Below, one piece after another: positions 38,327-48,396 of a stretch of DNA of 64,000 nucleotides. The notes below the pieces were generated by a model, which did no database searches, was not told the DNA's origin, and saw only the letters and a list, made by a program, of their open reading frames with translations. The position numbers were made by a program, and so were the translations under genes. The DNA comes from Pelagomonas calceolata (lineage: Eukaryota): contig CAKKNE010000001.1 of NCBI GenBank assembly GCA_918797485.1, positions 5,208,001-5,272,000 of the forward strand, written 5' to 3'. Every line of letters starts with the position of its first letter. The first letter of the stretch is position 1.

Positions 38327-40675
38327 ATGGAGGTCGACGAAGCGACGATCGTAACCGCCTCAACAAAACGCGGCGCGAGCGAAGACCCGCAAGACGCCGC
38401 GAAGCGCCTGCGGACGGACGACGCCGACGCGATGGACGAGGCCGCGGCACGAACGCGCGCGGAGATGACGCCCGCGGAACGAGAAGAAGCGGAACGCCTG
38501 CATCGAACGGCCGTAAGAGCTGAGGCTTTAGCAGCCGCCCAAGCGGCGGCCAAGGAACGAGGAGTGGCATTGTCGGCGGCCGAGGTAGCAGCACTGAAAA
38601 AGGAACAGGAGGCCAAGCCCAAATTTGTGAGCAAGAAGGAACGGGAACGCTTAGCTCTGGAGCGACTCGAAGCGAAACGACGGGAACGCGAACAGAAACT
38701 CAGGAGCGGCCCCAAGTTCTCCGCACCGCTACCTAGGAAAGAGCCCTCGATCAAGAAGGCTATCGATGATTACGCGGTATTGAGGGAGAAAAAGCCCGTA
38801 GCAAAGAAGGATACTGATAAGGAACGAGAATTGGCGCAAATCCGCGAGAACTATCTGGGCAAAAAAGGCAAGAAAAAGCAACCTAAACCTTCCGAGAAGT
38901 TCGCGCGCGTCTTCCAGTTCGACTGGGACGCGAACGACGACACTAGTCAGGATCTGAATCCGTTGTATGCTCGACGGCATGCGATCCAGCCTATGCTAGG
39001 ACGAGGCTACTTAGCTGGCTTAGATATGCGGGAGCAACGAAGAGCTCATACTTTTAGTCAAGCATTGAACGATAAGCGAGCCTCAGAGGCGCGAGCCCAG
39101 GAAGAGGCGGAAGGCCTCGCTCGGGCCGAGAGGAAGAAACGAGAGGCCCAAAGAAAGAAGGAAAGAGATGCGTTAACACAAGCCTTAGCTGCGGAAGAGA
39201 AGAAGGTCGAGGCCACGGCCCTAGGCAAGAAATTGCTGCACTGGACGGAAAAACCTTTACAAGAAATGAACGCGCGCGACTGGCGCATTATGAAGGAGGA
39301 CTTCGACATTCGGATACGAGGTGGGAAAGCACCTCCGCCGTTGAGATTTTGGAACGAGATGGCCGTGCCGGAGGGGATCCACAAAGCCATCCAAGATGCC
39401 AAATATAGAGATCCTTCACCTATCCAAAGACAAGCTATACCTGTTGGGTTAGAATTAAGGGATCTGATCGGTGTCGCGGAAACTGGCTCAGGGAAGACCG
39501 CGGCGTTTGCCGTGCCGTTACTCGCTTACGTCGCGCAATTACCAGCACAGCGTATTGCGTCGTTGGCCGAAGACGGTCCATTAGCTGTGGTTCTAGCTCC
39601 TACCCGTGAATTAGCGCAACAAATCAACGACGAGATCGCCAAGCTCAGTACTTACTTGTCGTGCAAGACGACCACTATAGTAGGTGGTAGAAGTATAGAG
39701 GACCAGGGGTTTTTGTTGCGCGAGGGTGTGGAGATCATCGTCGGGACGCCTGGAAGAATAAATGACTGCCTCGAATCGCAATACTTAGTACTGAACCAGG
39801 CGAACTACGTCGTACTCGACGAGGCCGACCGCATGATCGACATGGGCTTTGAGCCGCAAGTACATACGATACTCGAGGCCATGGGGGGGCTGTTGATGAG
39901 CGAAGACGAGATGTTGTTGGAGCAGCAGCGCGCCGCGTTAAGTAGGGGCGAGGCGTGTTATCGTATTACTGCGATGTTTTCCGCCACCATGCCTCCTGGC
40001 GTCGAGAAACTGGCCAAGAAATTTCTGCGGCACCCTGCAATAGTATGTATTGGCGATGAGGACTCCGGCAAGAATAAGAGAATCAGGCAGCACGTGCTGT
40101 TCATTAGTGAGCAGCAGAAGAAGCAGACCCTGATAGACTTACTGAGGAGGAAACAACCTTCAGAGAAGTACCTCGTCTTCTGCAATGAGAAGCGCGGCTG
40201 CGACGCTCTGAAGAAGGTGGTAGAAAATGCGCAAATACGGTGTGGGGTCCTCCATGGCGGCAAGACCCAGGACCAGCGCGAAGCTGCCCTAGAAAACTAC
40301 AAGCGCGGCACGTTCCGGATTTTCATCGCGACGGACGTGGCCGGAAGAGGCCTGGATATTCCGGACGTGGCCCACGTTGTCAATTATGACATGCCACTGA
40401 AGATCGAGAACTATTCGCATCGCATCGGTCGTACCGGTAGGGCGGGCAAGGACGGCGTCGCGTCTACCCTTCTTACGGATAGCGACGAGGCCATGTTTTA
40501 TGAGTTGCGGGAGTATCTGGAACAGACGGACGCGGACATCCCGCAGAAACTCGAGAAGCATCCCGCGGCGCACGCGAAGCCCGGCGAGCGGAACGCGCGC
40601 GGTGAGTTGCTTACTGAGAGAGCTGGCATGCGGGGGACGCAGTTCCTCGACGCGCGGAAGTTCGAGCAGGGGTAA
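38327..40675 (+). CDS. DDX23: Pre-mRNA splicing DEAD-box helicase PRP28/DDX23
   Basis: FQFDWDANDDTS, RDWRIMKEDF, AETGSGKT, LDEADRMIDMGFE, FSAT, HRIGRTGRAG. Confidence 0.95.
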   Translation: MEVDEATIVTASTKRGASEDPQDAAKRLRTDDADAMDEAAARTRAEMTPAEREEAERLHRTAVRAEALAAAQAAAKERGVALSAAEVAALKKEQEAKPKFVSKKERERLALERLEAKRREREQKLRSGPKFSAPLPRKEPSIKKAIDDYAVLREKKPVAKKDTDKERELAQIRENYLGKKGKKKQPKPSEKFARVFQFDWDANDDTSQDLNPLYARRHAIQPMLGRGYLAGLDMREQRRAHTFSQALNDKRASEARAQEEAEGLARAERKKREAQRKKERDALTQALAAEEKKVEATALGKKLLHWTEKPLQEMNARDWRIMKEDFDIRIRGGKAPPPLRFWNEMAVPEGIHKAIQDAKYRDPSPIQRQAIPVGLELRDLIGVAETGSGKTAAFAVPLLAYVAQLPAQRIASLAEDGPLAVVLAPTRELAQQINDEIAKLSTYLSCKTTTIVGGRSIEDQGFLLREGVEIIVGTPGRINDCLESQYLVLNQANYVVLDEADRMIDMGFEPQVHTILEAMGGLLMSEDEMLLEQQRAALSRGEACYRITAMFSATMPPGVEKLAKKFLRHPAIVCIGDEDSGKNKRIRQHVLFISEQQKKQTLIDLLRRKQPSEKYLVFCNEKRGCDALKKVVENAQIRCGVLHGGKTQDQREAALENYKRGTFRIFIATDVAGRGLDIPDVAHVVNYDMPLKIENYSHRIGRTGRAGKDGVASTLLTDSDEAMFYELREYLEQTDADIPQKLEKHPAAHAKPGERNARGELLTERAGMRGTQFLDARKFEQG

Positions 40676-40701
40676 GTTTGTTTCTAGTATAGTGTCGGTA
40701 C

Positions 40702-41334
40702 TTACGCACTCCTCGGCGGCGTTTCGCGGGCGCGGAGCGCGGCTCGCGCGTCTCGTAGATTCTCCTCAATTCCCGCTGTTAGCGGGTGCGTGCCACCCAT
40801 CACGCGCTGCGTGGTCCGCGCCGTCTCCACGAGCATCGTCACGGCCTCGCGGAGATCGTCGAGCGTGGCGGCGGGGTCCTCGCAGAGCGCCGCCGCGTAA
40901 ATGCGCCTCATCTTGAGCGTGAGTCTATGCCCTTCACCGAGGACGCGGCGGACCACGGGAATTGTTTTGCGTAAGAGTGATTTGGCTTCTTCTAAGCGCT
41001 CCATATCGAGAAGGGACGCCGCGTAGTTGTTGGCCGCTCGGAGGGTGTCCTCATGTGATTTTCCACTGAGCTTCAAACGCCCGGAGTATACATCTCGCTT
41101 CACGCACAGGGCCTCTTCGACGCGTCCTAGTCGTTCATACGACATCGCGATATTAGCTTGGACGGCGAGAATGCTTTCTTCTGATACGCCAAGGCGCCGC
41201 CGCAAAGACAACTCGGCTTCTTGCACGGACAACGCGTCCTCGTAGTGGCGTGAAGCGTATAAACCGTTGCCAACCTGTGACATCGCCAATATCCGAAACT
41301 GGTCCGCCTCGGGTCGGCCCACGTACGTCTTCCA
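40702..41334 (-). pseudogene. 5'-truncated TPR-like (kinesin-light-chain-type repeat) family gene
   Basis: WKTYVGRPE…HEDTLRAANNYA…RRVLGEGHRLTL…TLDDLREAV…RARETP. No ATG; sequence upstream of W is the antisense of a paralog. Confidence 0.7.
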
Positions 41335-41505
41335 TCGCTCGACGATCACCGTGAGGCCATAACGACGCTCGAGGACGTGGAACGGACCGCGCGGCGCGTG
41401 CTCGGCGGCGCGCACCCGGAAGTAGTGTTGTTGGAGCAGGATTTGCGACGGTCGCGAGCGGAGCTCCGCGCCCGCGAAACGCCATCGCCGCCGGGGAGCG
41501 CCTAA
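41335..41505 (+). pseudogene. 3' fragment of a second paralog of the same TPR-like family, in opposite orientation
   Basis: SLDDHREAITTLEDVERTARRVLGGAHPEVVLLEQDLRRSRAELRARETPSPPGSA*, homologous to the C-terminus at 40702-40870(-). Confidence 0.8.
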
Positions 41506-41553
41506 GACATGGAACACCGCGAAATGACTATATATATCATTACACGAAGACGG

Positions 41554-42918
41554 CTAGGACCACGTCACCGTGATCTTCGCATCTAATGAAGAACGCAGGC
41601 CCTCGAGCTTCTTCTCGAAGGCCTGGATGGGTACCTTCTCGGGCGCCGTCACGACGCCCTCGAGCAGGAAGAAGGGTCTCGTTTTGCCATCTTTCCCAGA
41701 TACTCTTATAGTATCTGTGGTCAACTCATCAATGTTGAAACCCGCCGAAGCCAAGACTTCGGTCACTTGATACACGATGCCCGGTCGATCGTAGCCCGTG
41801 CACCGCACGCGAGCTTCGCGCATACTACCAGGATGAGAACTCGGCTTGATCTCGCGCGCCGTCACGTGCAAGCCGCTCAAGTCCTTGGTCGCGCCCTCGC
41901 CCAGCAACAAGTCCGCCCGCAAATGCGACGCCGACGTCTTGTCCTTGGATATAACGTGCATCACGACCGTAAAATCATCATTCATCCGAAGCATCTTGCT
42001 ACCGGTTATGCTACCGCCCCGATCGTAGATCCACTTCGACAATTGCGTCACGAGACCGACCCGATCTCTACCCGACGCCGTCACGCATAAGTGGGCCAGA
42101 CCTTGGGTCTGGACGGGCTTGGGTTCCTGCTGCTCGGCGGGCGTCACTCGCCGAGTCAACGACCGCACCACCGGAGACTTCTCCAAGTAATCATCAACAT
42201 TCGAAACCCTACGAGCCAGGCCCTGGGCAAACAACTCGGCCGCTCTCGCATCGACACCTCCAAAACCAAGCATCACTTCCCCGCCCCGCTCCTCGTCCTT
42301 CTCGTGCAAGACTTCCGCGTTCACTTCCGCCGCGGTCTCGTCGGACCCGCCCCGCATGGAAGACAGGATGCAAGTCCAGATCAGCGACGTCGAGGCGACG
42401 ACCGGAATCCGCATCCACATGGGAGAAAAGGCGAAGTTCATGGCCGTCGCCGGCACCCAGAGCTTCCAGAGCGCAAACAGGTCCGGCCAGAAGTTCTCGG
42501 ACCACCTCTCGTAGACCTTTGTCGGTGAGGCTTCCATACCAAGGCATACTACCTCCTTCGTCATGTAGAACGCCGGGAAGTACATGAACGGGTGGTGCAC
42601 GCACTGGTCGAGGAAGACTTGCGCGGCTAGAGCGGCCTGGCCCTTGAAGTCGGCGGCCTTTTCCCTCAGGGACTTGGCGGCAAATTTCTCCGCTTGCGGG
42701 AAGAGCCGTGAAAATACTGGGACGTATAACGAGTACTGCACGATACCTAGATACCCGAATCCAAACGACGCGAAGGCCGCGTTGCGCTTCCAATCAATAT
42801 TTTCTCGTCGCTCCACGAAGACTTGGACCACCAAATCGGAGACGGACGTCTTCGCGCAGCTAAAACCAACACCAAAGGCCATGGGGTTCGCCCGCGCGAA
42901 GGTGGCTATGATTGACAT
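41554..42918 (-). CDS. Mpv17/PMP22 membrane protein fused to two ACT domains (GcvR-like)
   Basis: SDLVVQ…DWKRNAAF, DQCVHHP, LWVPATAMNF; SGRDRVGLVTQLS and TGYDRPGIVYQVT. Confidence 0.85.
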   Translation of the reverse strand: MSIIATFARANPMAFGVGFSCAKTSVSDLVVQVFVERRENIDWKRNAAFASFGFGYLGIVQYSLYVPVFSRLFPQAEKFAAKSLREKAADFKGQAALAAQVFLDQCVHHPFMYFPAFYMTKEVVCLGMEASPTKVYERWSENFWPDLFALWKLWVPATAMNFAFSPMWMRIPVVASTSLIWTCILSSMRGGSDETAAEVNAEVLHEKDEERGGEVMLGFGGVDARAAELFAQGLARRVSNVDDYLEKSPVVRSLTRRVTPAEQQEPKPVQTQGLAHLCVTASGRDRVGLVTQLSKWIYDRGGSITGSKMLRMNDDFTVVMHVISKDKTSASHLRADLLLGEGATKDLSGLHVTAREIKPSSHPGSMREARVRCTGYDRPGIVYQVTEVLASAGFNIDELTTDTIRVSGKDGKTRPFFLLEGVVTAPEKVPIQAFEKKLEGLRSSLDAKITVTWS

Positions 42919-43425
42919 CTTTCTGTGGTGTTGTTGTCGCTCTGGGTGGCTCCGCGTTTACAGCTCTACAGCGTGTGGATCTATGCAGAGCTGTTATTCG
43001 GCCTCAGGGGCACCACGAGCGACGCTGCGTGCAGCAGAGCCAGCTGTGCTATTGATGAGCCCTAGACGCCAGCCGTATATCAGTGTAACCCAGTTATGCG
43101 GCAACGCGAAGGCGCTGATCCTCGGGCTGCACGCACGATGACGCCCCCTGAATTCGGTTTTTGTGAACTGCGTTGATGTACCATTCATAATGGTCAGGGC
43201 ACTCCCTTCCGAGAGCTGCACGGGATGCCGGAGTCTGCGAAGCGGCAGTCGAGCGCGCGGGCGCGTACGGCCGCGTGTGCCGCAGAGCCGCTGCGACCAC
43301 GACTCTCCTCGCACTGACGTACCGCTGCGGTCATTAGCTCGCAAATAGACTGCGCGCGGGCGGCGACTGAGAGACTACCCCACGACGCTTACCCGCGGCG
43401 CGCGGTGGGGAGGGGTCGGCCCGCT

Positions 43426-43572
43426 CAGAGCTGCGTGTCGGCGTCCGGGTCGGCGGACGACGCGCGCTTCTTCTTCTTTTTCTTCTTCTTCTTCTCGGAG
43501 GAGAGGCCGGCGTCGGACGTGGCCCGCTTCTTCGACGGCTTCGTGTCGGCGGGCGGCGGCGGCGGCGGCGAC
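43426..43572 (-). pseudogene. Orphan 3' coding fragment (Pro/Lys-rich tail)
   Basis: SPPPPPPADTKPSKKRATSDAGLSSEKKKKKKKKKRASSADPDADTQL*, with no upstream part; abuts the ankyrin fragment. Confidence 0.5.
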
Positions 43573-43574
43573 GG

Positions 43575-44141
43575 ACCGATGGGACAACGCTGCACAAGGC
43601 CCTGTGGGAAGGTAAATACTGGAGGGCGAAGCTGTTACTAGACCTCGGAGCCGACATCGAGGCGAGGCTGAATCAAGTGAGTCCGCCGGATCGCACGCCG
43701 CTCATGCGGGGCGCCGACCGCGCGCGGAGTTGCCCCGCGGAACGAGTACCCGTGCAGCTGGCCTTGCTTCGTCTCCTCTTGAGCCGCGGCGCCGATCTGC
43801 GCGCGAAGGACCGGTACGGGCACACGGCTATCCAGATTGCCGGACTGGGAACGCCCGCGCGCGCCCTGCTCTCGGACGTCAAGGCCGCGGGCGGGTGGCG
43901 GTCCTACGTCCACCGCGATCGTCTACGCTTGCTCGTGCTCCGCGTGCTCTGCGAGAAGGGTCGCGCCTCGACGAGCGACGGCCCCCTCGCGCGCCTCTTT
44001 CCGCCACAGGCGCCCGACGACGACGCAACCGTCGAAGCCTCAGCGGCTCTGAACCGGGACGCGTTTCGCCACGTCCTTTCTTTCTGGCCGCCGCTTCCCG
44101 ACTTGCTCGGGGCTCCTCCCAAGCGCTTCCCATACACTTAA
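43575..44141 (+). pseudogene. Ankyrin-repeat paralog B, 5'-truncated
   Basis: TDGTTLHKALWEGKYWRAKLLLDLGAD…DRTPLMRGADRA…AKDRYGH…LVLRVLCEKGRA…RDAFRHVLSFW; colinear with paralog A; no ATG. Confidence 0.7.
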
Positions 44142-44170
44142 GAAGATGTACACAAAATTATAAGGTTAGA

Positions 44171-46681
44171 TCAAACCGGCGACAGCGGCCGATCACCCTT
44201 CCGGTCGACCGGCGCGCGCGCGACCATTTCTGATTGAGGCGCGGCGTCGAACTCGACGGGCCCCGCCGCTAAAGCCGGCTGGATGTAGTAGTCCACGGCC
44301 AATAAATCGTCGTCCTTTTCGTCGGAAGAAGACTCTCCGACGGACCTCCTTCGACGCCGCGGCGTCGCGTGCCGGTTCGCTCTTCTGGTTTCATACAAGC
44401 CGAAGCGCACGGCGTTTTCCCGGTCTAGGTATCTAGCTGGGAGTTCAAAGGTCCTCCGCACATCCAAGCGAGACCGCAACGTGAACAGCACCAGAGGCGC
44501 CAAGGCCACCGCCTGGTGCGTCGCATCTAACAGTATGAGATGACCAATCAGCGTCAAGTGACCGACCACCAACGCCAGGAAGAAGAACCGCGCCAGCGTC
44601 GGCCCGGGGAACGCGCCGCCCGTCTCGTAGGCCCGCACATAAACGTATAAGAACTGGTGCGAGTAGACCTTAACCGCAACGGCGAAGTAAGCAAAACAAA
44701 CCAACGCGACGACGGGCGCGATCGGCGCAAAAATAGTACCGACCAATACCACTAAAACAAAGTCCGGCAGGTACGACCCGTAGTCAAACTCCGGCGGCCG
44801 CCGCAGTCGCCTTCGAACGCGCGCCGGTACCTTGAAATACTTTGACCTTGTCACACCTTGCCGCGCGACGACGCCGATCAACGCCGTCGGTCGAGCGAGC
44901 TCGAAGGCCAAAGAAAACAAGACCTTGGCGATGACTAACTGGAGGAAGTAGGACCCCATCCCCGGCAGCGCTTTCCCTAGCAAATCTAACAAGGTCTTGG
45001 GGTGGTCTAAGAATTGTCTAAGAACAGAGAGTAAAGAGCCGGACGCCACCGTGACGAAGATCTGCAGGAGTTGGAAGTACAAGTATCGCGATGACACATA
45101 AGCGTGCGCCGCCGACTTCGTTTTGACGCCCGCGTACGACACGGCGACCGCATCCAAAACAATGGGTAAGGCCCCCAGCAACGCGAGCATGATGTAGACT
45201 GGGAGAGAACCGCTCACCAAGATACGTAACGACTCGTACTTTTCTTCGCGAGCTAGAGGCTTGAGCGCGCTCCAGTAATGCGCCAGCACCTCCAGATTAC
45301 ATAAGGCTTGTACTGATGCAACTAATGGAGTCCAGAGCAACGCCAGAAAAAATAACCCGACGTTGGCCGCGCCGAGCCTTTCATCCACTTCGTCCTTGGG
45401 TATAGAAACGTTCGGCCACAACATGTCCGACGCCGGCGGTGCTAATGAGACGTGGACGTCGCCTCTACGAGCTGTTAGTACTAGTTGGGCCGCATCGGAA
45501 GCCACAGCTGGTGAGTAGAAAGTAACGACACCGGTACTCGATGCACCGTCCTCATTTGCATATCTCCTCGAGATCTCGTTCAGGCCAGCAACAGCTCCTA
45601 GAAAGGAAATGGCTTGTAACGAGGCGTCCCTCGCTTTCGACGCGGCCTGGTTGAAGCTAGGTTGCTGTTCTAATTTTGAGTCTGTAGGCGTCGTCGGTAG
45701 CAACGCGTGGGCCTCCAATACCTCAGCCGCGCGCGCTTCCTTCGCCTCCCGAATACTTTCTTGGCACTTCTGCACGGCCTGCTCCTTCTCCGATAGGATC
45801 GCGGCGAGGTCGGAGAGGCCTTCGTCAGACGTAATAGTCGCGTAGCCATACCCGCCCTCCTCCGACCGCCACGCGTAGGCGTCGGCCGCCGCGTCTCTCG
45901 CATCTAACAGCTTTTCTAAATGAGCACAGTCCACAAATGATACGGCAGAATGCACGTCCCGATGTCCAAACAACGCCGCAAAATACTGGTGCAGCGCCGC
46001 GTCGCTCCGCAAGCGAGGGGGTACCCTTTCGACCAGGACGGAGCATCTCGGTTGTGGACTTTCACCGGCGCCGTCGCCTCTTCGCAAGTATTCTCTTCTC
46101 AGTCGTAAATAGTGCCGCGCCTCTCGCGTCGCCAAGTATATAGCTGCTGCTGTGAACGCGTAGGTAAATACCACAGCGAGCCATAAGCGCCATCTATCCT
46201 CCAGCACGTGTTCGCAGTTCCCCAGCGTCAAACCGTAGAACCCTTCCAGATGCGACGCGCCATGCTTGTATGCTAAAATAAGGGTTATCGATACGATAGA
46301 CGTCCAGCCAAATAACCCCCGGCACATCATGAGAAACCGGATCGCACAGTACGCGTCCAGACCAATACAGTGCCTTAGCTGGTCATCTGACAAGGATGAG
46401 GAAGAAACGACCCACGCGAAGGGATGCCTCTTGGGCACGTCTTTTGGCTTCCGATCGGGCAGCGCGTGCTTCAATCTACAGAGGTAGACTGAGGTTTTTC
46501 TCCTTGCTAATTCGAAGAGGAGTAACAAACAAAAGCAAATCGCCGCGTCGAGCTTACACGTGATCCAGATCTCCTCCCAGCCGCCGCTCTCGACATATAA
46601 AGGCTGGACGCCCTGGTCCAAGACGTCGCTTATCTTGCCGAGGGCGTCGTCGTCCAGGATTTTGTCTGTGGTGTTGGTCAT
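44171..46681 (-). CDS. CSC1/OSCA/TMEM63 family calcium-permeable channel
   Basis: IGLDAYCAIRFL, SVLVERVP, APPASDMLWPNV, YSHQFLYVYVRAYETGG; multiple TM segments. Confidence 0.9.
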   Translation of the reverse strand: MTNTTDKILDDDALGKISDVLDQGVQPLYVESGGWEEIWITCKLDAAICFCLLLLFELARRKTSVYLCRLKHALPDRKPKDVPKRHPFAWVVSSSSLSDDQLRHCIGLDAYCAIRFLMMCRGLFGWTSIVSITLILAYKHGASHLEGFYGLTLGNCEHVLEDRWRLWLAVVFTYAFTAAAIYLATREARHYLRLRREYLRRGDGAGESPQPRCSVLVERVPPRLRSDAALHQYFAALFGHRDVHSAVSFVDCAHLEKLLDARDAAADAYAWRSEEGGYGYATITSDEGLSDLAAILSEKEQAVQKCQESIREAKEARAAEVLEAHALLPTTPTDSKLEQQPSFNQAASKARDASLQAISFLGAVAGLNEISRRYANEDGASSTGVVTFYSPAVASDAAQLVLTARRGDVHVSLAPPASDMLWPNVSIPKDEVDERLGAANVGLFFLALLWTPLVASVQALCNLEVLAHYWSALKPLAREEKYESLRILVSGSLPVYIMLALLGALPIVLDAVAVSYAGVKTKSAAHAYVSSRYLYFQLLQIFVTVASGSLLSVLRQFLDHPKTLLDLLGKALPGMGSYFLQLVIAKVLFSLAFELARPTALIGVVARQGVTRSKYFKVPARVRRRLRRPPEFDYGSYLPDFVLVVLVGTIFAPIAPVVALVCFAYFAVAVKVYSHQFLYVYVRAYETGGAFPGPTLARFFFLALVVGHLTLIGHLILLDATHQAVALAPLVLFTLRSRLDVRRTFELPARYLDRENAVRFGLYETRRANRHATPRRRRRSVGESSSDEKDDDLLAVDYYIQPALAAGPVEFDAAPQSEMVARAPVDRKGDRPLSPV

Positions 46682-46863
46682 GCTGCTTTCCGCCAATCGC
46701 TGTCAATGTATAGAGGCTGCTGTTGTAGCGCTACGGCTGCGTCGGCTGCGTAGATGGTTGTTCGCTTTGCGGCAGCAGCAATGCGGGTCCCTGCCGTAAA
46801 GCAGGGCCGCCCGGCGCCAATCGAATCCTCGCGAGTCGTGTCGATTTTCGACTATGTTTTCGA

Positions 46864-46886
46864 GCTAGCGGCCTGTAAGGCACTAG
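46864..46886 (-). promoter_or_regulatory. CTAG-bounded promoter motif
   Basis: Reverse complement is ctagtgccttacaggccgctagc, between divergent starts 46681(-) and 47091(+). Confidence 0.7.
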
Positions 46887-47090
46887 GAAGCCGGGTGCTG
46901 CCAAAATTTACGGCGGGTAAGGGGCGTGCGCGGTTAGGCGTGGTAATTGATATTCGGAATCGGACCTACACAGCGCGCCCGCTAACTGCATCGCTTCCGA
47001 GCTCGGCGGCGAATCGCCGGCGATCACTACCCTCCGGTTTAATAGTTAAAAATACTTAGGACTCGCACGCGACGACGGCGCTCCAATCTG

Positions 47091-47357
47091 ATGGGCCGTA
47101 ACAAGTATTACGGCTCGTATTCCAAAACGGAGAGGAAGCGATTGAAAGACGGAACGAGTTACGCTGAATATAAAAACGCGTGCGGTTTCGTCCCCACAGA
47201 GGTGATCCCCCGAGAGGGGTTAGACTCAGCTTTCACCGCGCGTGACAGTCTCGACACGCGCAGCCGTCGGCACCAGACCTCTGATAATTCCTGGGTCCAC
47301 GCGGTCCTCTTCGTCGTCCTACTCGTGATCGTAGTCTCGTGGGCGCTCGGCTACTAA
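47091..47357 (+). CDS. Small tail-anchored-like membrane protein (88 aa)
   Basis: ATG ORF with C-terminal TM WVHAVLFVVLLVIVVSWALGY; stop 3 nt before the next ATG. Confidence 0.55.
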   Translation: MGRNKYYGSYSKTERKRLKDGTSYAEYKNACGFVPTEVIPREGLDSAFTARDSLDTRSRRHQTSDNSWVHAVLFVVLLVIVVSWALGY

Positions 47358-47360
47358 AAG

Positions 47361-48302
47361 ATGGCGAGACTCCTGCTGCTCGCCGCGACGGCCGCCGCCC
47401 TCTGCTGGCCCGCGGCCGACGAAGACGCGAAGCCGTTGTTCTGGCTCCACGCGCCGAAGACGGGCTCGAGCCTCCGCGAGTTTCTGGTCGACTACTCGTG
47501 CGGACCGCCGGCGCGACCCGAGAGTCCGCGATCCCGGGCGGCCGCGGACCTCGCGCTGACGCGGCGCCTCGAGCGCTGCGCCCGCAACGCGAGCGCACTG
47601 TACCGGTTTGACGAGAAGTCGTTCAAGTACCACAAGTCCTTCTTCCCGAAGTTCGAGGACGGCACCCGCCGGAAAAGGCGCAACGGCGCGCGCGGCGCCC
47701 AGGAATGGATGAGGGGAGGCGACGCGCCGTACGCCACTTCCAACAAATGCGCGCACGCGGGCGTCGCGATATTTAGGGAGCCGCGCTCCCGCCTCGCGTC
47801 GGCCTTCTTCATGAAGGGCCGAGACCAAAAATGCATGGGCTTCCAGACGCATGCGTCGTTACCAAAAAAGGTGACGACGGCGCTCTGCGAGCGGTTCCGG
47901 GCGCTGCCGGAGGCCGAGGCGCTGCGGGAGTATGCTAAACGACCGGAGGTCCGGAACGTGCAAACGAAGATGATTCTCGGCATTTATCGCTACGCCGACC
48001 GCGCGGACGCGAGCCTGGACGTGGGCGAGGCGATCCGGCGCCTCCGCGAGTGCTTCCCCTTCGTCGGCCTGCAGGAGCGGTGGGGCGAGTCCTTGTGGCT
48101 CTTCTCGCGGACGATGCGCGGCGCGGCCCCGTTCAGTGCCGAGCGCGCGGCTGTCAACACGCGCCCCGGCGCCTACGACCGCGAGACGGCCGTACGGCAT
48201 CTCGACGACTACGTTGACCGGGACACGGAGCTGTACGCCGCGGCGGTGCAGATCTACGAGGGGCGCCTCGCCGCCGCGCGACGCGGAGAAGCATGTATAT
48301 AA
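47361..48302 (+). CDS. Secretory-pathway sulfotransferase-like protein
   Basis: Signal peptide; 5'-PSB-like WLHAPKTGSS; 3'-PB-like FREPRSRLASAF; FVGLQERWGES; DTELYAAA. The 3' end may be spliced. Confidence 0.8.
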   Translation: MARLLLLAATAAALCWPAADEDAKPLFWLHAPKTGSSLREFLVDYSCGPPARPESPRSRAAADLALTRRLERCARNASALYRFDEKSFKYHKSFFPKFEDGTRRKRRNGARGAQEWMRGGDAPYATSNKCAHAGVAIFREPRSRLASAFFMKGRDQKCMGFQTHASLPKKVTTALCERFRALPEAEALREYAKRPEVRNVQTKMILGIYRYADRADASLDVGEAIRRLRECFPFVGLQERWGESLWLFSRTMRGAAPFSAERAAVNTRPGAYDRETAVRHLDDYVDRDTELYAAAVQIYEGRLAAARRGEACI

Positions 48303-48396
48303 ACTTGGAATTAACTACACGTCGCGTCGATGGCGTGTACCACGCAGCGACGCCGCCGCCGCCGCGAGGCATTCCCGCGCGCAGGTCAAAAAAGTA

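Noticed and set aside
40702..41517. 271-aa ORF as an intact gene
   Set aside because: Non-ATG start, and the N-terminal ~60 aa are the antisense of a paralog fragment.
43130..43340. Possible snRNA/snoRNA in the unexplained intergenic stretch
   Set aside because: No convincing C/D boxes, Sm-site context or known snRNA sequence recognised by eye. An Rfam scan would be needed.
48295..48384. Exact intron call at the sulfotransferase 3' end
   Set aside because: The introner motif and GT/CAG sites are present, but there are two candidate acceptors and no homology constraint, so boundaries cannot be fixed.
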